Both the position numbers and the translations under genes were made by a program. Shown here one piece after another: positions 42,729 through 57,597 of a stretch of 64,000 nucleotides of DNA. The stretch lies in NCBI RefSeq assembly GCF_009914755.1, contig NC_060940.1. One strand, 5' to 3'. This stretch comes from the human T2T-CHM13v2.0 reference genome, Homo sapiens. The number at the start of each line of letters is the position of its first letter. The first letter of the stretch is position 1. Under the pieces are notes generated by a model. It did no database searches and had not been told where the DNA came from. It was given only the letters and a program-made list of their open reading frames with translations.

Positions 42729-45449
42729 TCCTTGACTCTTTTTGACTATTTCCGAGCTGGGATGGTTTCTGATCTGAAAGACAGAATGTGACCTTTGTCC
42801 CTGAAGATCTGTGTCTCTCCATATGGCGTAGGACATAGCTTCCCAAAAGGTATGATGAGAGAGGGATTCTTTAGCCCTGAAGATCATCTGGAAAGGCCTG
42901 AGGGATCAGAGCCCCTGGGCTGATAGCACCCAGCCTTTGATTACTCCAGTGTGCCAAACAAACAGAATCACTTTTATTGTGTGCAATGACTTGAGAAAGG
43001 TTGGGAAACGGGGTCATGGGCTTTGTGTTTATTTCAGATTTTACTTTGACACCCTGCCTCACCAAGTTTTCCTTTCCTTCTCTTTTCTCTCAACTGTAAG
43101 CACCAATTATTTGGCAAACAATCACAACTAACCAGAACTTAGCTCGACCCACATGTGCAAGGAGAAAGAGATCGGTTTTCAATAGTAGTTTGCTGAGGTA
43201 ACTTCAATAGCATTTTGCAATATAATATGATAATTACCACTTTTTAGGGAAAGAAAAACACGTTAATAATCCTTTACCTACATCTCATGTAACTCTTTTG
43301 TTTTCTAATACTTGGCTGGTCCCCGCAGTTTGGGGACATTCAGGGGGTAAGTGCATGATAATAAGAACTACTTACTGCTGAAACTTGAAGGTGTATTTAA
43401 AACACGGGTGATGCTTTTGTGAATAGCCATGTTTTCTGTCTTTAATTTTAGTTGCTGTTTCTCCTAGTCTTGAGGTTTTGAAGTTTCTGGCTTTCTCCTT
43501 TATGGGCCCGGGTCCCATTTTTGCTCCAGTTGAGTGCAGATACATGTCTCAAATTCTGGCTGAACATCAGCTGTCCTCTCAGTTTTCAGAAGATGGCTCT
43601 CCTATTCCTTCCATAAGCTGCTTTGGTCTTTGTTCCCCGCTCCAATCTGTAAGCCATCTGCACCCTTTATTATTAAGAACATATTTACCAAGATTTCACA
43701 ACTGTTTAATAGATACGTATCTTATTACATGTTTGATACACCTCATTAAACATATGATTCAATCGGTATTTATTTAACATCCAGTAAACACGGAGACCCC
43801 TCAGCCTAGATAGGGGGAAGGGGGAGGACCCCAGCTCAGTGTCAGTGTGCCCCTTTGTCCTATAGAAACTGCTCCGCACAGCCCAGTGCTTCATCTTTAA
43901 CCCTTCAACACTCCAGCTCAAATGGGCTTGGGCCAAGAGTCAAAGTCGGGATGAAAGCCTAAACTGTAGCTTACACACAGTTCAGGCTCCCACTGGGGCT
44001 ACCAGGCTGGATGCAGTCCACGTTCTCCTCATGCCATCTCAGCAACAGAGCCAAGTGTGAGCTATGGGGTGCCCTGTATTTCCAGCCCTACAGTGTGACT
44101 GTGAATTTTTTTTTTCGGTGACTTACGGTGTGGCCTTCAATACAATTCATTGCAAAAAAAAGGAGGAAGATTCCAAAATCTCCCAGCTGTTCTTTCAAAC
44201 CAGACTAGATGCATCAGAGCCCTGTTAAATAAACTAGATATAGACCAGGATGCTCTCTGAGTCTATCCCTCTGCTTCGTTCTTCACTTGTCTAATCTTCA
44301 TGACCCTTGATTCATGGTGTTGACCTCTTCACACATATCCCAGACATCTGAGTTCACTTCCCATGTGCTCGAGATCTCTTAGTGGTTTCAGTTATGATAC
44401 ACCTGAGTACTACATGGGGGGAAGCTCAAGACAGAAAATACAACTCAACACAAGAGCCTTTCTTCAAATGGAAATTTTCTGGCATGAGTTTCTCATCCCT
44501 GCCAGCTTCACTTTCTTCTAAAGCAGGGCTTTGGAGAAACATTACTCCATTGAAATGCTGAAGGCCTTTTTTTTTTTTTTTTTTTTTTTTTCTGTTGTTC
44601 AGGGTTTCCAGGATTCAGGGTGAAGAAATCCAAAGAAACCACACCAACTCCTCTGTGGGAAAACTTTTCCTTTAAGAAGGCCACAAGGCTTAGCCAAACA
44701 ACTGATTACAAAGTATGGAACTGCAATGCTTTCTGTAGAGGGGGCAGGGGGCAATTTAGTTCTTAGTTCTTTGCCATAAATAACGGATTAAAAAGCTTAG
44801 CTGATGCTATAAATTAAAAATGTGAAACTAATTATACCAGTCCCATAAAAGCAAAACAACCAATTCATAACCAAAGTATGTGATGTGACAGCATCTACTG
44901 GGTATGACAGCTCTAGAGAAGCCGAGGAGACCCAGTAATCCTGCAAGAATCTGTCCTCCAGCCCAGAACCACAGGCCTACTTCCATGTTACAAAGCAAAA
45001 CAGTAGTAGCTATGTTGTTCTCTCTACCCATTTTTCATGACAATGGCTTCATCCTTTCTCCACCCCTTCCATGCAGGCCCATTACTCAAAAGAAAGGCTC
45101 ACCCATACCAAAAAGCACAGCTGCAGTTTTGCCAATTCAAACCAGATGGGTCTGAAAGGCAGCTGCTGCCAAGACTATAATTCAACTGGGAGTTCCTAAA
45201 TGTTTCAACCAGCCATTTAATAATGTTCTATCTGGAGTTTTCTCCCTGTTCTAAATATATGAGTGAGGCCAACTTGGTAGGACCCTGCAGTTTCAGAAGA
45301 GTTCTCTGTGTTGCTCAATGGATTGTTTCCTTCTGTTTGACATGGCCCCATACTCAACGTATCACAAACTGCTGTGTTTTCTCCACCCCTAGCTTGTCCT
45401 CCCCCCGATGCTGAATGAATCACTGTTCACAACTGATCATGTCCTCTGT

Positions 45450-45933
45450 GTATAAGAATTATTCATTACACATTTTGCCTGTGACTTTGTGGTTCTTTGC
45501 ATTAAAGGTGGAACTTATTTCCTCATTGTGTTGGTCTGTTGCTCAATCACATGACTTGACTTGGCTAATGGGGAGAGAGAGGTGTGTGTGTGTGCATGGA
45601 CGTGTGTGTGTGTGCGTGTGTATGTGTATGCTGGGTCTACATGGAGACCTCAAGAAACACTGCATATTTCTGTTCATGCTTTTATACTCAGATGATCTCA
45701 CATGAGAATGATATGATCTAGATAGTGATTGATCTGAGAAGAATGAGAAAGCACAGCTAACTTGAACCCATCTTGCAATGTGGAGTCAAGCTCAGCTGAT
45801 TCCAGTCAAGCACAGAAGAACCAAAGCAGGCCTATAGATACACAAGGGAAAAATAAATGCTTACTGTTTTAAGATGCTAAGTTTCGGGAAGCTTTGTTAC
45901 ACAGCATTATTGTGGCAGTCGCTGACAGATACA
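45450..45933 (+). mobile_element. MLT1-family MaLR LTR with internal (TG)n
   Basis: catgacttg..ttggctaatgg...aataaatgcttactgttttaag...ttgttacacagcattattgtggcagtcgctgacagataca. Confidence 0.75.
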
Positions 45934-46302
45934 CTTGCCACCTAAGTTATCTTTCCAAAACTGCCATGGGATTATGTTAGTCCCTTGATTTGTGGCTTCT
46001 TGCTGCTTACAGGTCAAGTCCAAACTCTGTGCCATGTCATTCAAGGTCCCCAGCAATCCAGCTCTAGTTTAAGCATCAGTTTCTCTGCAAATCCTTCCCC
46101 AACTGAATTGGTTCCCGTCCTCTGGGTTTCCAGAGTCCACCAGTGATCTGCTGCAACAGTACTTGTCAAACTGGATATCGCTAGTATTATATCCATCTCC
46201 CTCAAAAGACTGTGAACTCCAAAGTCAAGAGTCAACTCATTCATCTTTGTAGTCTCAGCATGAACCTATGGTAAACAAACTGAATTTACTTAGCAATGAT
46301 TA

Positions 46303-46569
<267 letters not shown>

Positions 46570-48209
46570 CTAATTTTCTAATTCAGGAGTTCAGCTTCCT
46601 GAACAACGGTCTGGGTTTCAGTAGGAGACAGATAGTGGTGCAAATATCCCTGAAGGTCGTAAAGACATGTTCCGAAAGCATGGCCGTGGTCCACTTAAGT
46701 TCTCCCTTAGGATTTCAGCCTGATCCTTGCTCTAATGTTGACCCACTGCCATTGCCCAAATAGAGTGAGCTGAAAGCAGGCTGAAGTTTGATTTTCCCAG
46801 TTGATTTGGTCATAGTTTTGCCCGTAATAATGTTGCTGTTTTCCCTGGGCTGTGACTGTTACAGATGAGTCAGAGGGAGCAGGGCTGTAGCCCTCAGATG
46901 GGTCGATGTTATCGATCCTCAAGGCTCCATGTCATTTCCAGGGGATTTGCTAAAGAAGCTACTTATGTTCCTTTTTCATTTTCACCAACTCATTACCAGC
47001 TGCTGCAGCCTTCGTATGCCTCAGCAACACCTGGAGAAGTGGAACATGACCGTCCGATTTGAGTTCAGACACCTTCCTTTGAAATTCAACACAAGGCAAC
47101 ATGCAACCCACCAAAATCTGAGTCAAATAAGGAAGTCAGGTCACACTGGCCCACAGGGGTTTGGTATTTTTTGTTTTGTTTTAAAAAGGGCAGCCTGGCC
47201 CTACACTAAGCAATTGATCCCCTGGCTTAACTTTTAAATTAAGACCATTGTAAATTTGGGAACTTGAGAAGACATAGAGAGGACACCCATAATACTTTGC
47301 AAATGTCAAGTGCCTCTCGATGTTGGTTACTTTTCAAAGGTAGCTAGGTTACAATGTACCCTGGTAATGAAAAAACCCCGTCAGGCCCACTCCACGGGGT
47401 TTCAGTCAATATACATAATATTATTGGGCTTTGCAAGGATTAAAGGTTGTTTCTCTCACAGCCTCACAATAGGGCTATTTATTTTTTTCTACCCAAGGCA
47501 CAAAAGAAGCCTCCCTGTTTACAGAGGAGCCCAGGACATTTTGGGGCTCCAAGGCGGTCCAGACTTCTCTTTGCACACTTCCCCCTGCTGGTGGCTTTGT
47601 AGTTAACCTAAAAAAAAAAAATTAAACTCTTTTAACCTGCAGACACCAGGATTGAAAAAAGCCAAAACTAAACAATATTTATTAGGGATTGATATGGTCC
47701 ATAAGTCATTTCTAGAGTATAGAAGCTCTGGTGTCTTCCAGTTTTATTCTGAGAGTAAAAGCTTTTTGTCACTCCATCCTCTCCCTCCAAACCTAACGGG
47801 CCTTCAGTGATTCCATATTTAGTGTACTGTGGAACCGCCCATCCTGCAGAATGGAGCCCAGTACATGGTATGGCCTTATCGATATTTATTGACATTAGGA
47901 GGCTAGAGACAGCACATCAGAAAAATTGTGTAGTGTGTCACAACCATGCCTAAATAAGAAAAAGGAAACTCCTTTTTTCATTCAGGTTCAGTTTGGCCTG
48001 AATGATTAAAAGAAATTGTAGTCTTAAAATCTCATAACAGAGATGCGATGATTAGTCTGTCCAATGAAACTTCTTGGATAAGGAAACACAGGATTATGCA
48101 GAATAGTGCTGAGCTGGCTGCAGGGACGACCCAATTAACTCTTTTAAGCATCTTAAGAATGCCAGAGCTTTCTTAAAATTAGTTTGATTTTTTAAAAAAT
48201 ATAAATACA

Positions 48210-48937
<728 letters not shown>

Positions 48938-49441
48938 GGATGTGGTTTTTGCTTCTCCTTATGGCAACCAAAATTCACAGAAACAGCATACAGACCTATG
49001 CTGTTGTGATTGTTTCTAACACGCCATGTTATTAACAGATTGTACTGTCAATCACCATCAATAAGTACTAGCATGACAGGCACTCAACCCATGCTGCTTG
49101 ATGAGAGTTCACATTCTTGCCTCTAGGGCTGTGGTTGGGCAGGCCAGAAATAAAGCAAGAACTACAGTAAATATTAAGGAATGGTGCAGGCAGTATCTGA
49201 ACATGTCATACTGTAGAGATGCCCTACAACTGGGGCAGGATAATACTGAGGCATGCCCAGTTGACAGTCAAAGCCCTGTTGCATCTATGAGAACCTGCTG
49301 TCTGAGGGGTACTGCAATTTCCTATCAGTATTTTGACAAATGGTTCTCTGATAAGCAATTCTGAAATAAAGGATTGGCCTACAGGCAGTGAGTAGAGAGT
49401 ACTGTGATGGCTTCTTCTGGACTGGTCCTATCTTGGAATCA

Positions 49442-49844
<403 letters not shown>

Positions 49845-49859
49845 GAAAAATACGTTTGG

Positions 49860-50117
49860 GCATTGGGTATACATAGACATAAAGATGGCAACAATAGACG
49901 CTGGGGACTACTAGAGAGGACAGGAAGGGAGTAGGGGGCAAGGGTTGAAAAACTAACTTTTGGGTACTATGCTTACTACCTGGGTGATGGGATCCATTGT
50001 ATCCCAAGCCTCCTCATCTCACAATACTTTCATGCAACAAATATGCACATGAACCCCTGAATCTAAAATAAAAGTTGAAATTATTAAACAATAAAATAAA
50101 ATTTTGATATTAAAAAA
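49860..50117 (+). mobile_element. L1PA16/17-type 3' end
   Basis: gacataaagatggcaacaatagac..ggggactactagag...gaatctaaaataaaagttgaa. Confidence 0.85.
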
Positions 50118-50349
50118 GAAAATATGGGGAAAGCTAGGTGAAATGTAAACCAATTAAAAAAAAGGAGTGGGTTTCCATTGACAAGTCAGAAATACTATGT
50201 CAAAGGATGTTAAATAGATGCAGTTTACAGGCCTTCTCAGAGGCTTTAATATTCCAGTGTGCACCCTAAAACTCCAATAGACCAGGCACAGTGTGCATTA
50301 TTTTCTAAAATTCTTTGACCGTAGAATCCCTTCATGCTGCTATGTTCAT

Positions 50350-50481
50350 TGCACAGTTTTTGTGCTATACAAAGGCATCTGGTGAAGGGGGCTAGTGGGA
50401 GCTGAAATGTATGTACCCTGCACTTTGCTTGCCAAGGTAAGGGTCTGTGGGGCTGTGTTCACCCAGAGGGGTTGCATTCTT
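50350..50481. mobile_element. MER91-like hAT-Tip100 fragment
   Basis: acaaaggca...gggggctagtgggagctgaaat...cttgccaag...ggggctgtgttcacccagagg. Confidence 0.45.
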
Positions 50482-50518
50482 TGTGTGTGTGTGTGTGTGT
50501 TTGTGTGTGTGTCTGTGT
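50482..50518 (+). repeat. (TG)n microsatellite
   Basis: Interrupted TG run. Confidence 0.9.
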
Positions 50519-50924
50519 TTAAAGTTTGTCTTCCAATAACATCCTCCTTTTTGTAATTTTCATAAGGATGCTCTATAGGATAGTGAAGTCCCTGAACCCT
50601 TTTTGGTGGAGCACGGGCGATGGATGTTTTTGTGCATGGGAGGGAGGTGTACTCAGGGACAACAGTGGTCCAGGGAATCTCTGGGCTTATCCTATATGGG
50701 GAAAGCTGTAGAGCTGGGGAGAAGCACTGTTATCAAGGGCAAAGGAATCCAAAGATTGATCTCTAGGGGCATTGCGCCATGGAATTCATTAGGGACAAAG
50801 ACTCTTGGGAAGCATAGCATAACCGTATTGTTGTAATCAAGTCATCATATTTGAGGTTTTGAACTTGACTTGCTTCTGACCTCTGTAGAAGACTGAGCTT
50901 GAGAATGTGCTTTTCTATATATTA

Positions 50925-51790
50925 TACCACGTCTTATTTTTTCTGCTTACAAATGGTATGTGTGCCCATCGTATAAAATTTGTAAACTGCAAAAAAATAC
51001 AAAGAAAAGTCACTGTTAATACCTCTATTCATGGTTATAATTTCGATGTATCTATTTTATACATCTTCAAATATAAAGATATATTTTATTGTTATAGATT
51101 ATTTATACTTGAGTATATATTTTATTTTAAAAAGTTGCAATCTTTTAGTAGGTTTTGAAATAAAATTGTGATCTCCTATCTATACTAATCTGTAACCTCT
51201 TAAAAAATCACATATCACATTGGGTACAGTGTACACAGCTCAGGTAATGGGTGCACCAAAATCTCAGAAATCACCGCTAAAGAACTTACTCATGTAACCA
51301 AAAGCCACCTGTTCCCCAAAAACTATCGAAAAAAAAATGTATGGGAACTCCCATCTTCTCTGAATTGTATGTAAAATTGTGTTTGTGTACATAAAGTACT
51401 GTTTCTTTTTCTGAAAGTAAGGTCTGTAGTTTTTCTCGCCTTCTCAAAGGGATCATGTCCTAAAAAAGATCAAAGTCTTTGGTAGCAGTGATTTGTAAAC
51501 TATAAAGTACTATTCAAATAAAAAGACCCTCTATTGTACACATTCTTAAAAAAATAAAAATGAAAAAATCACATATCAATATATTGTATATACTTTCCAT
51601 ACCTTTAAGTATCACTTCACAACATGGCTGCACAATGTATTATTGTACAGACATACCATATTTTATTTAATAAAGTTAAATATTTAATTGTATTTTATTT
51701 AATACATTGTTGGACATTTAGGTTATTTAAAAATTTTCCCTATTATACATAACTCAATGATGAACTCTTTTTTTCACATCTCTGATTGTT
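50925..51790 (-). mobile_element. Old L1ME fragment hosting the L1PB insertion
   Basis: ctatactaatctgtaacct [insert] aatatattg..actttccat...ttgttggacatttaggtt. Confidence 0.55.
51218..51562 (+). mobile_element. 5'-truncated L1PB1-type insertion with 3' transduction
   Basis: L1PB 3' end 51218-51328, A-run, ~210 nt non-L1, AATAAA 51517-51522, A-rich tail; identical 16-bp TSD aaaaaatcacatatca. Confidence 0.88.
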
Positions 51791-52004
51791 TCTCAGAGCT
51801 TCTTACATCTTTTCTTCATACTCCTATAATACTGCTAACCCTGATGTAGTCACTTCTAGTTATAATTATTTCCTAAAGATGAGTAAGATACTAAGTGTGA
51901 ATAATCTCTCCTGATATGAGTGTTATACATTAAGATAGACAATGCAAAATTGTGCATTTAAAGCACTTAGCTTTAAAGTATTATTACTTTGCCTTATATC
52001 ATAA

Positions 52005-54080
52005 GATTTTTTCACAGATGATATCGTCTATGTAGGAAATCTGAAAAAAATCAACAAAAAGCCCTCCTGGAACTAATAAGTGATTATAGCAAGGTTGCAG
52101 GATACAAGCTTAATATACAAAACTCAATCACTCTCCTATATACCAGCAATGAACAAGTGGAATTTGAAATTAAAAACAGAATAATATTTAAATGAGAATT
52201 CCTCAAAATGAAATACCTAGGTATAAAATTAACAAAATATGTACAGGATCTAGATGAGGAAAACCACAAAACTTTGATGGAAGATCAAAGAAGATCCAAA
52301 TAAATGGAGAGATATTTCATGTTCATGGATACAAAGACTCAATATTGTTAAGATGTCAGTTCTTCCCAACATGATTTATAGATTCAGTGTAGTCTCAATC
52401 AAAAGCCTAGCAGGTCATTTTGTGTTTATTGACAAACTGATTCTAAAGTTTATATGAAGATGCCAAAGACCAAGAATAGCTAACATAATATTGAAAGAGA
52501 AGAAAAGAGCTGAAGGACAGGTACTAGCCAACGTCAAGACTTACCTTAAAGCCACAGCAATTGAGACAGTAAAGTATTGGGTAAAAAGATAGACAAATAG
52601 ATCACTGGAACAGAATAAAAAGCCCAGAAATATACCTGCATAAAAAGTCAACTGATCTTTGAAAAAGAAGGAAAGGACATGTGATAGAGGAAAGATAGTC
52701 TTTTAAACAAATGTTGGTGGAACAACTGGACATCCAATATAAAAAAATGAATCTAGGCATAAACCTCCTTACACCCATCACAAAAGTTAACTCAAAATGT
52801 GTCACAGACCTAAATGTAAAACATAAAACTGTAAAACTCCTAGATAACAACATAGGAGAAAATCTAGATGGCCTTGGGTTTGGCGATGACTTTTTAGCTA
52901 TAACCCCAAAAGCATGGTCCATGAATGAAAGAATTGATAAACTAGATTTCATAAAAATTAAAATTTTCTGCTGTGCCAAAGACATAGTCAAGAGAATTAA
53001 CAGACAAGCCACAGACTAGGAGAAAATATTTGCAAACGAAATATCTGATAAAGGACTGTTATCCAAAACATACAAAGAACTCTTAAAACTCAACAATAGG
53101 AAACAACAGTCTAATTAGAAAACGGGCTAAAGACCTTAACAGACGCCTCACCAAAGAAGATATATAGATGGTAAACAAGCATATAAGAAGATGCTCCATG
53201 TCATATATCATCAAGAAAGTGCAAATTACACACCAATTAGAATGGCCAACATCCAAAATAACGACAACCCCATATGAAATACTGGTGAGGATATGGAGCA
53301 ATAGGAACTCTCATTTACTGCTGATGGGAATGTAAAATTGTGTAGCCTCTTTGGAAGACAGTTTAACCATTTCTTACAAAATTAAACATACTCTTCCACA
53401 TGATCCAGAAACTATTCTCCTTAGTATTTACCCAAATGAGTTGAAAACTTATGTCTACTCAGAAACCTGCACACAGATGTTTATAACAGGTCTATTCATA
53501 ATTGCCGAAACTTGAGAGTAACCAAGATGTCCTTCACCAGGTGAATGAATAAACCATGGTACACCCAGACAATGGGACATTATTCAGTGCTAAAAAGGAA
53601 CACACTATCAACATAAATGTATATTACTAAGTGAAAAAAGCCAGTCTGAAAAGACTACATATTGCATTATTCTAACTACATGTCATTCTGTAAAACGCAA
53701 AACTGTGGAGACAGGAAAAAGATCAGCGGTTGCTATAGGCTAGGGAGGAGGGAGGGATGAGTAGGCAGGGCATACATGATTTTTAGGGCAGTGAAAGTAC
53801 TCTGTATGGTACTATAGTGGTAGATACATGTCACTATAAATTTGTCCAAACCCATAGAATATACAACACCAAGAGTGAACCCTGATGTGAACTATGGACT
53901 TTGGGTGATACTGATGTGTCAATGTAGATTTACCAGTTGTAAGAAATGTGTCCTTCTGGTCGTGGATATTAATAATGGCAGAGACAACACACGTGTGAAG
54001 ACAGAGAGTAAATGAGAACTCTTTGTCCTGCTTCTCAATTTTGCTGTGAGCCTACACTGCTCGAAAGTGTATTACAAAAA
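52005..54080 (+). mobile_element. L1MC1-type ~2-kb 3' fragment (degenerate ORF2 end + 3'UTR)
   Basis: RT-motif remnant ttcacagatgatatcgtctat; ORF 52711-53019 resembles ORF2 C-terminus (LKLLDNNIGENL, DFIKIKIFC); 3'UTR ttgtccaaacccatagaat..caccaagagtgaaccct. Confidence 0.9.
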
Positions 54081-54642
54081 GTAGATTTAGCATCACAATG
54101 TACACATAAAATAGTTGGAGGTTTTTCTTGTTCAAACCAGCTACCATATTATGTGGTTATATTTCTTTGCTTGACATGGAGTTTTCCAAGGACAAATCAT
54201 GAAAAGCAGATGGGCCTCATCTGACCAAGACAAGTCAAGGAACACAAGCTAACATGTCTCAAAGGCTGTTTCTGAGTAAGTGCCTGGCACCATATTTCTA
54301 GAGATTTTGCAGAAACGTGGCCAAAAGAGTCTCATTTATAGGAAAAAGGACTCTATTATCTCCTGACAGATGAAATGCTATAGTAGCCATGTAGAATTGT
54401 TTGCTAAAAAGATGTCTATTAGGTGTCTTTTTCAAACACAGGCTCATGTATGGAAACCTGAATGTTTCAACCAAATGGACAAAGATAATGAGGGTGTAAC
54501 AGTAACTGGCACAAGGTCAAAAAGGAAAGTTGCTTGACGTGAACACAGACTACCTTCCACGATCTTCTGCTTGGAAAGGCTGAATGGTGGAGGTGGCTGA
54601 ATTGCAGAATGCTCTGATTTAGAGATACCTCTTAAAGCTTAA

Positions 54643-54926
54643 GCTGGTTTTCCTAAACTTCAATCACCTGCCTATCACCTTCATGATTTTGCCCTATTTC
54701 TGTGTCACCTTCACTGTGATTATTTTTCTTGCAATAGACTCACACTTTGATTTAAATAGATTTAGCCTCATCCTAAGAGATAATATCTATGAAATCATGA
54801 GATTATGTACTGGCTATATATTTTTATATATGCATACATGTTAAAATTAAAAAATTATTAGTGTACTGCCAAGTCTTGTCTTTCACATCACCATGGGTAT
54901 GTATTACACACTTGGAGAGGTACTAG
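54643..54926. mobile_element. hAT-Charlie-type DNA transposon fragment
   Basis: ttttcctaaacttca...caccttcatgattttgcc...cctcatcctaag...cacacttggagaggtactag. Confidence 0.5.
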
Positions 54927-55056
54927 TTTAAAGAATCCTTTTTTTGGGACAAATACGGAAAATATGACTGTCTACAATAGAGAGTAAACATTTGAGGCTT
55001 ATTATTCTGAACAGCCCTATAGGCTATAAATCAAGCCAGGTTTTAAAAGATTTGAG

Positions 55057-55342
55057 GGCCTGGTGTGGTGGCTCACACTTGTAATCCCAGCACCTTGTGA
55101 GGCCGAGGTGAGAGGAATGCTTGAGTCCAGGAGTTTGAGACTAGCCTGGGCAACATAGGGAGATCTTGCTGGTATGGTGGCACACACCCATGGTACCAGC
55201 TACTCAGGAAGTTAAAGTGGGAGCGTCATTTGAGCCCGGGAGGTTGAGGCTGCAGTGAGCTGTGATCACACAACTGCCTTCCAGCTTGGGTGATGGAGCA
55301 AGACCCTGTCTCAAAATAAAAAATAAAAAAATAAAAAAATTG
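55057..55342 (+). mobile_element. AluJ lacking the central A-rich linker
   Basis: gaggctgcagtgagctgtgatc (J-type); TSD aaaagatttga. Confidence 0.92.
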
Positions 55343-56534
55343 AAAAGATTTGAATAAATGTCTAGAGGGCATATCCGCCACAAGCTGTTCAGGTAGGGGT
55401 ACTGAAGACACTAACTTGGTCCTTTGATGTGATGTCATGACCCATGAACACTGTGTTCTGCATAGTATCATCTGAACACAGGCTGAATAGTGGCCCATAT
55501 GAATTTTTACTCCCACCTAACGTTGCATTGCTTGTCTGTGGGCTCCTTAAGCAACAGCCACTTCACTAACTCACTGAACTGACAGTCACCGTCCATTCCC
55601 TTTGGAAGTCCTATTGACCGACACCTACTACACTCCACACAGTCCCAGGTAATATCCTACACTCTCGAGCACCTGAGCTCCTGGTCCCAGAAGCTGAGAT
55701 GTATCCTTCCTAGGAGTCCAATGTGTTTGCCCCCAAGCCTCTTCATGGAAGTAATTCTTGTTCATAAAATACACGACTTAATGAAATAAAATATAAACTG
55801 GGGACATAGGGGCACAAAAAGAGTTGCTTCTGTGACAGCTAAACTAGCTCTGTGGAAACACTCAGGTCAGTCACTATAAATAGCCATGTAGGCAGGACAA
55901 CTGTAACTGAAGGATTCTGCCCTCAGGGCCTCCCAGGTGCCTCAAAATCTCCCTTCCTGTCAAAGAAATGGAAACAGGAAACTGTAGACAAGCAACAGGG
56001 AGCTGGTTCCTGCAATAAGACAGCGCGGAACTCTAAGTGGATCACTCACAGAAACGGCTTCGTCCTACATCTAAGAATCTGTGAGTGAATGTACACATGT
56101 TGTTCTAAGCTGACATGTTTAAAGCGCATGCTATTTTAAAAAGTGCGCTCCTGCTTTAGTCAACATTTAAAATTAATTGAGCAAGTACGGGCTCATGAGA
56201 GGTTTCCTATGAGCACGTATGAAAGCTGTTTTCACTGCTGGGCCTGAAATATTAGGCATATGTGTCTCGGCCTTGGCCTGTCTCATGGGATGTGAGCTCC
56301 CCAAAGACAGAGCGTGTATTGTAGCCACCTTTGCTGATTGCACAGAGAATAAGGCCTTGTAGTTATGGATCAGTGTTCTTACACTTGAACTACAGTGTCT
56401 TTGTTTTCATATATTTGAATTCTTCCAAATTGATGGTACTTCCCACCTTAATCTTACATATTTTTTTCTCATTGCCAATGACATCAGTCTGTTTGGGATA
56501 AGGAAATGGCTTTGATTGCACTGTTCATTCGTCC

Positions 56535-56680
56535 AGGATTGGCTAGTCAGTGTGAAGCAGAGGAGGGATCTTCTAGCGCCTTCACGTGACTGACGTATGG
56601 CTTGGCCAATGAAGTATTTCATACTAGAATATTCCACGAATAGGGGCTATAGGATAGTGAAGTAATTCATCACGTGTATT
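56535..56680. promoter_or_regulatory. NF-Y / USF-E-box / CRE-half-site cluster
   Basis: GATTGGCT 56537, TCACGTGAC 56582, TGACGTA 56591, GGCCAATGA 56604, CACGTG 56671. Confidence 0.45.
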
Positions 56681-57289
56681 TAAAGTTGAATTTACCGATA
56701 TTTTATGGTATTAGATATTATTTCTATTAACATTTTATGCTGAAATTACAGAATGATTCGTGAGTACTGAATTTTTGATTGCTTTTACACTTTCTGGGAC
56801 ACTATTAAACTTGATTTACGTTAATAGCACTGTAAGAAGATATTAACAATGAATTTCCAAAAGCACTTAGCATCTCATAATTGGAGTTAAATGACAAAAA
56901 AAATGAGGAGATAATAAAGTAAAGAGAGAAAAGGAGAGAGAAAGTTTTGACAATATTCTTTTTAACCTGTGGTTCTTAATAAGATTTTTGCAGGATTGTT
57001 TTAGGTTAGCAAAGAATCAAATCCCCGATCAGGAGAGATGACGCTGATTTATTAAAGGAGTTTTATAATACAGAATAAAGACCAAGCTCCAGGTAGAGTG
57101 CAGAACTTTCTACTTATAGGAGAGAAAATTTTCTGATTTTCAGAGTAGGAAGGAAACTTCAATTACCACCTTTTTCTTCCTTCCATGGTGACTAGAAGAT
57201 AATTTAATTTTTTTAAGAAAAGGAATTGATTTGGTCATAGCTGCTGGATTACAGAGAGGTAGGCTTATAAGGCAAAAACATCCAAGCTA

Positions 57290-57597
57290 GACCGGGCGCA
57301 GTGGCTGACATCTGTAATCCGAGGACTTTGGGAGGTCGAGGCAGGTGGATTGATTGAGCTCACGAGCCCGAGACCAGCCTGGGCAACATGGTGAAACCAC
57401 ATATCTACTAAAAATCCAAAAATTATCCAGGTGTGATGGTGTGAGCATGTAATCCCAGCTACTCAGGAGGCTGAGGCATGATAATCATTTGAACCAGGGA
57501 GGCAGAGATTGCAGTGAGTCGAGATTGCACCACTGCACTTCAGCCTGAGCAACAGAGCAAGATTCTGTCTCAAAAAAAAAAAAAAAAAAAAAAAAAA
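57290..57597 (+). mobile_element. Full-length Alu (AluJb/old S)
   Basis: TSD aaaaacatccaagct / aaagacatcgaagct; long A tail. Confidence 0.95.

Noticed and set aside
52602-53301. ORFs with L1 ORF2-like peptides
   Set aside because: Remnants of a dead, truncated L1MC1-type element, not a gene
56105-56240. H/ACA snoRNA interpretation of the twin hairpins
   Set aside because: No ACA box after the second hairpin, stems too short, H-box match trivial in an AT-rich hinge
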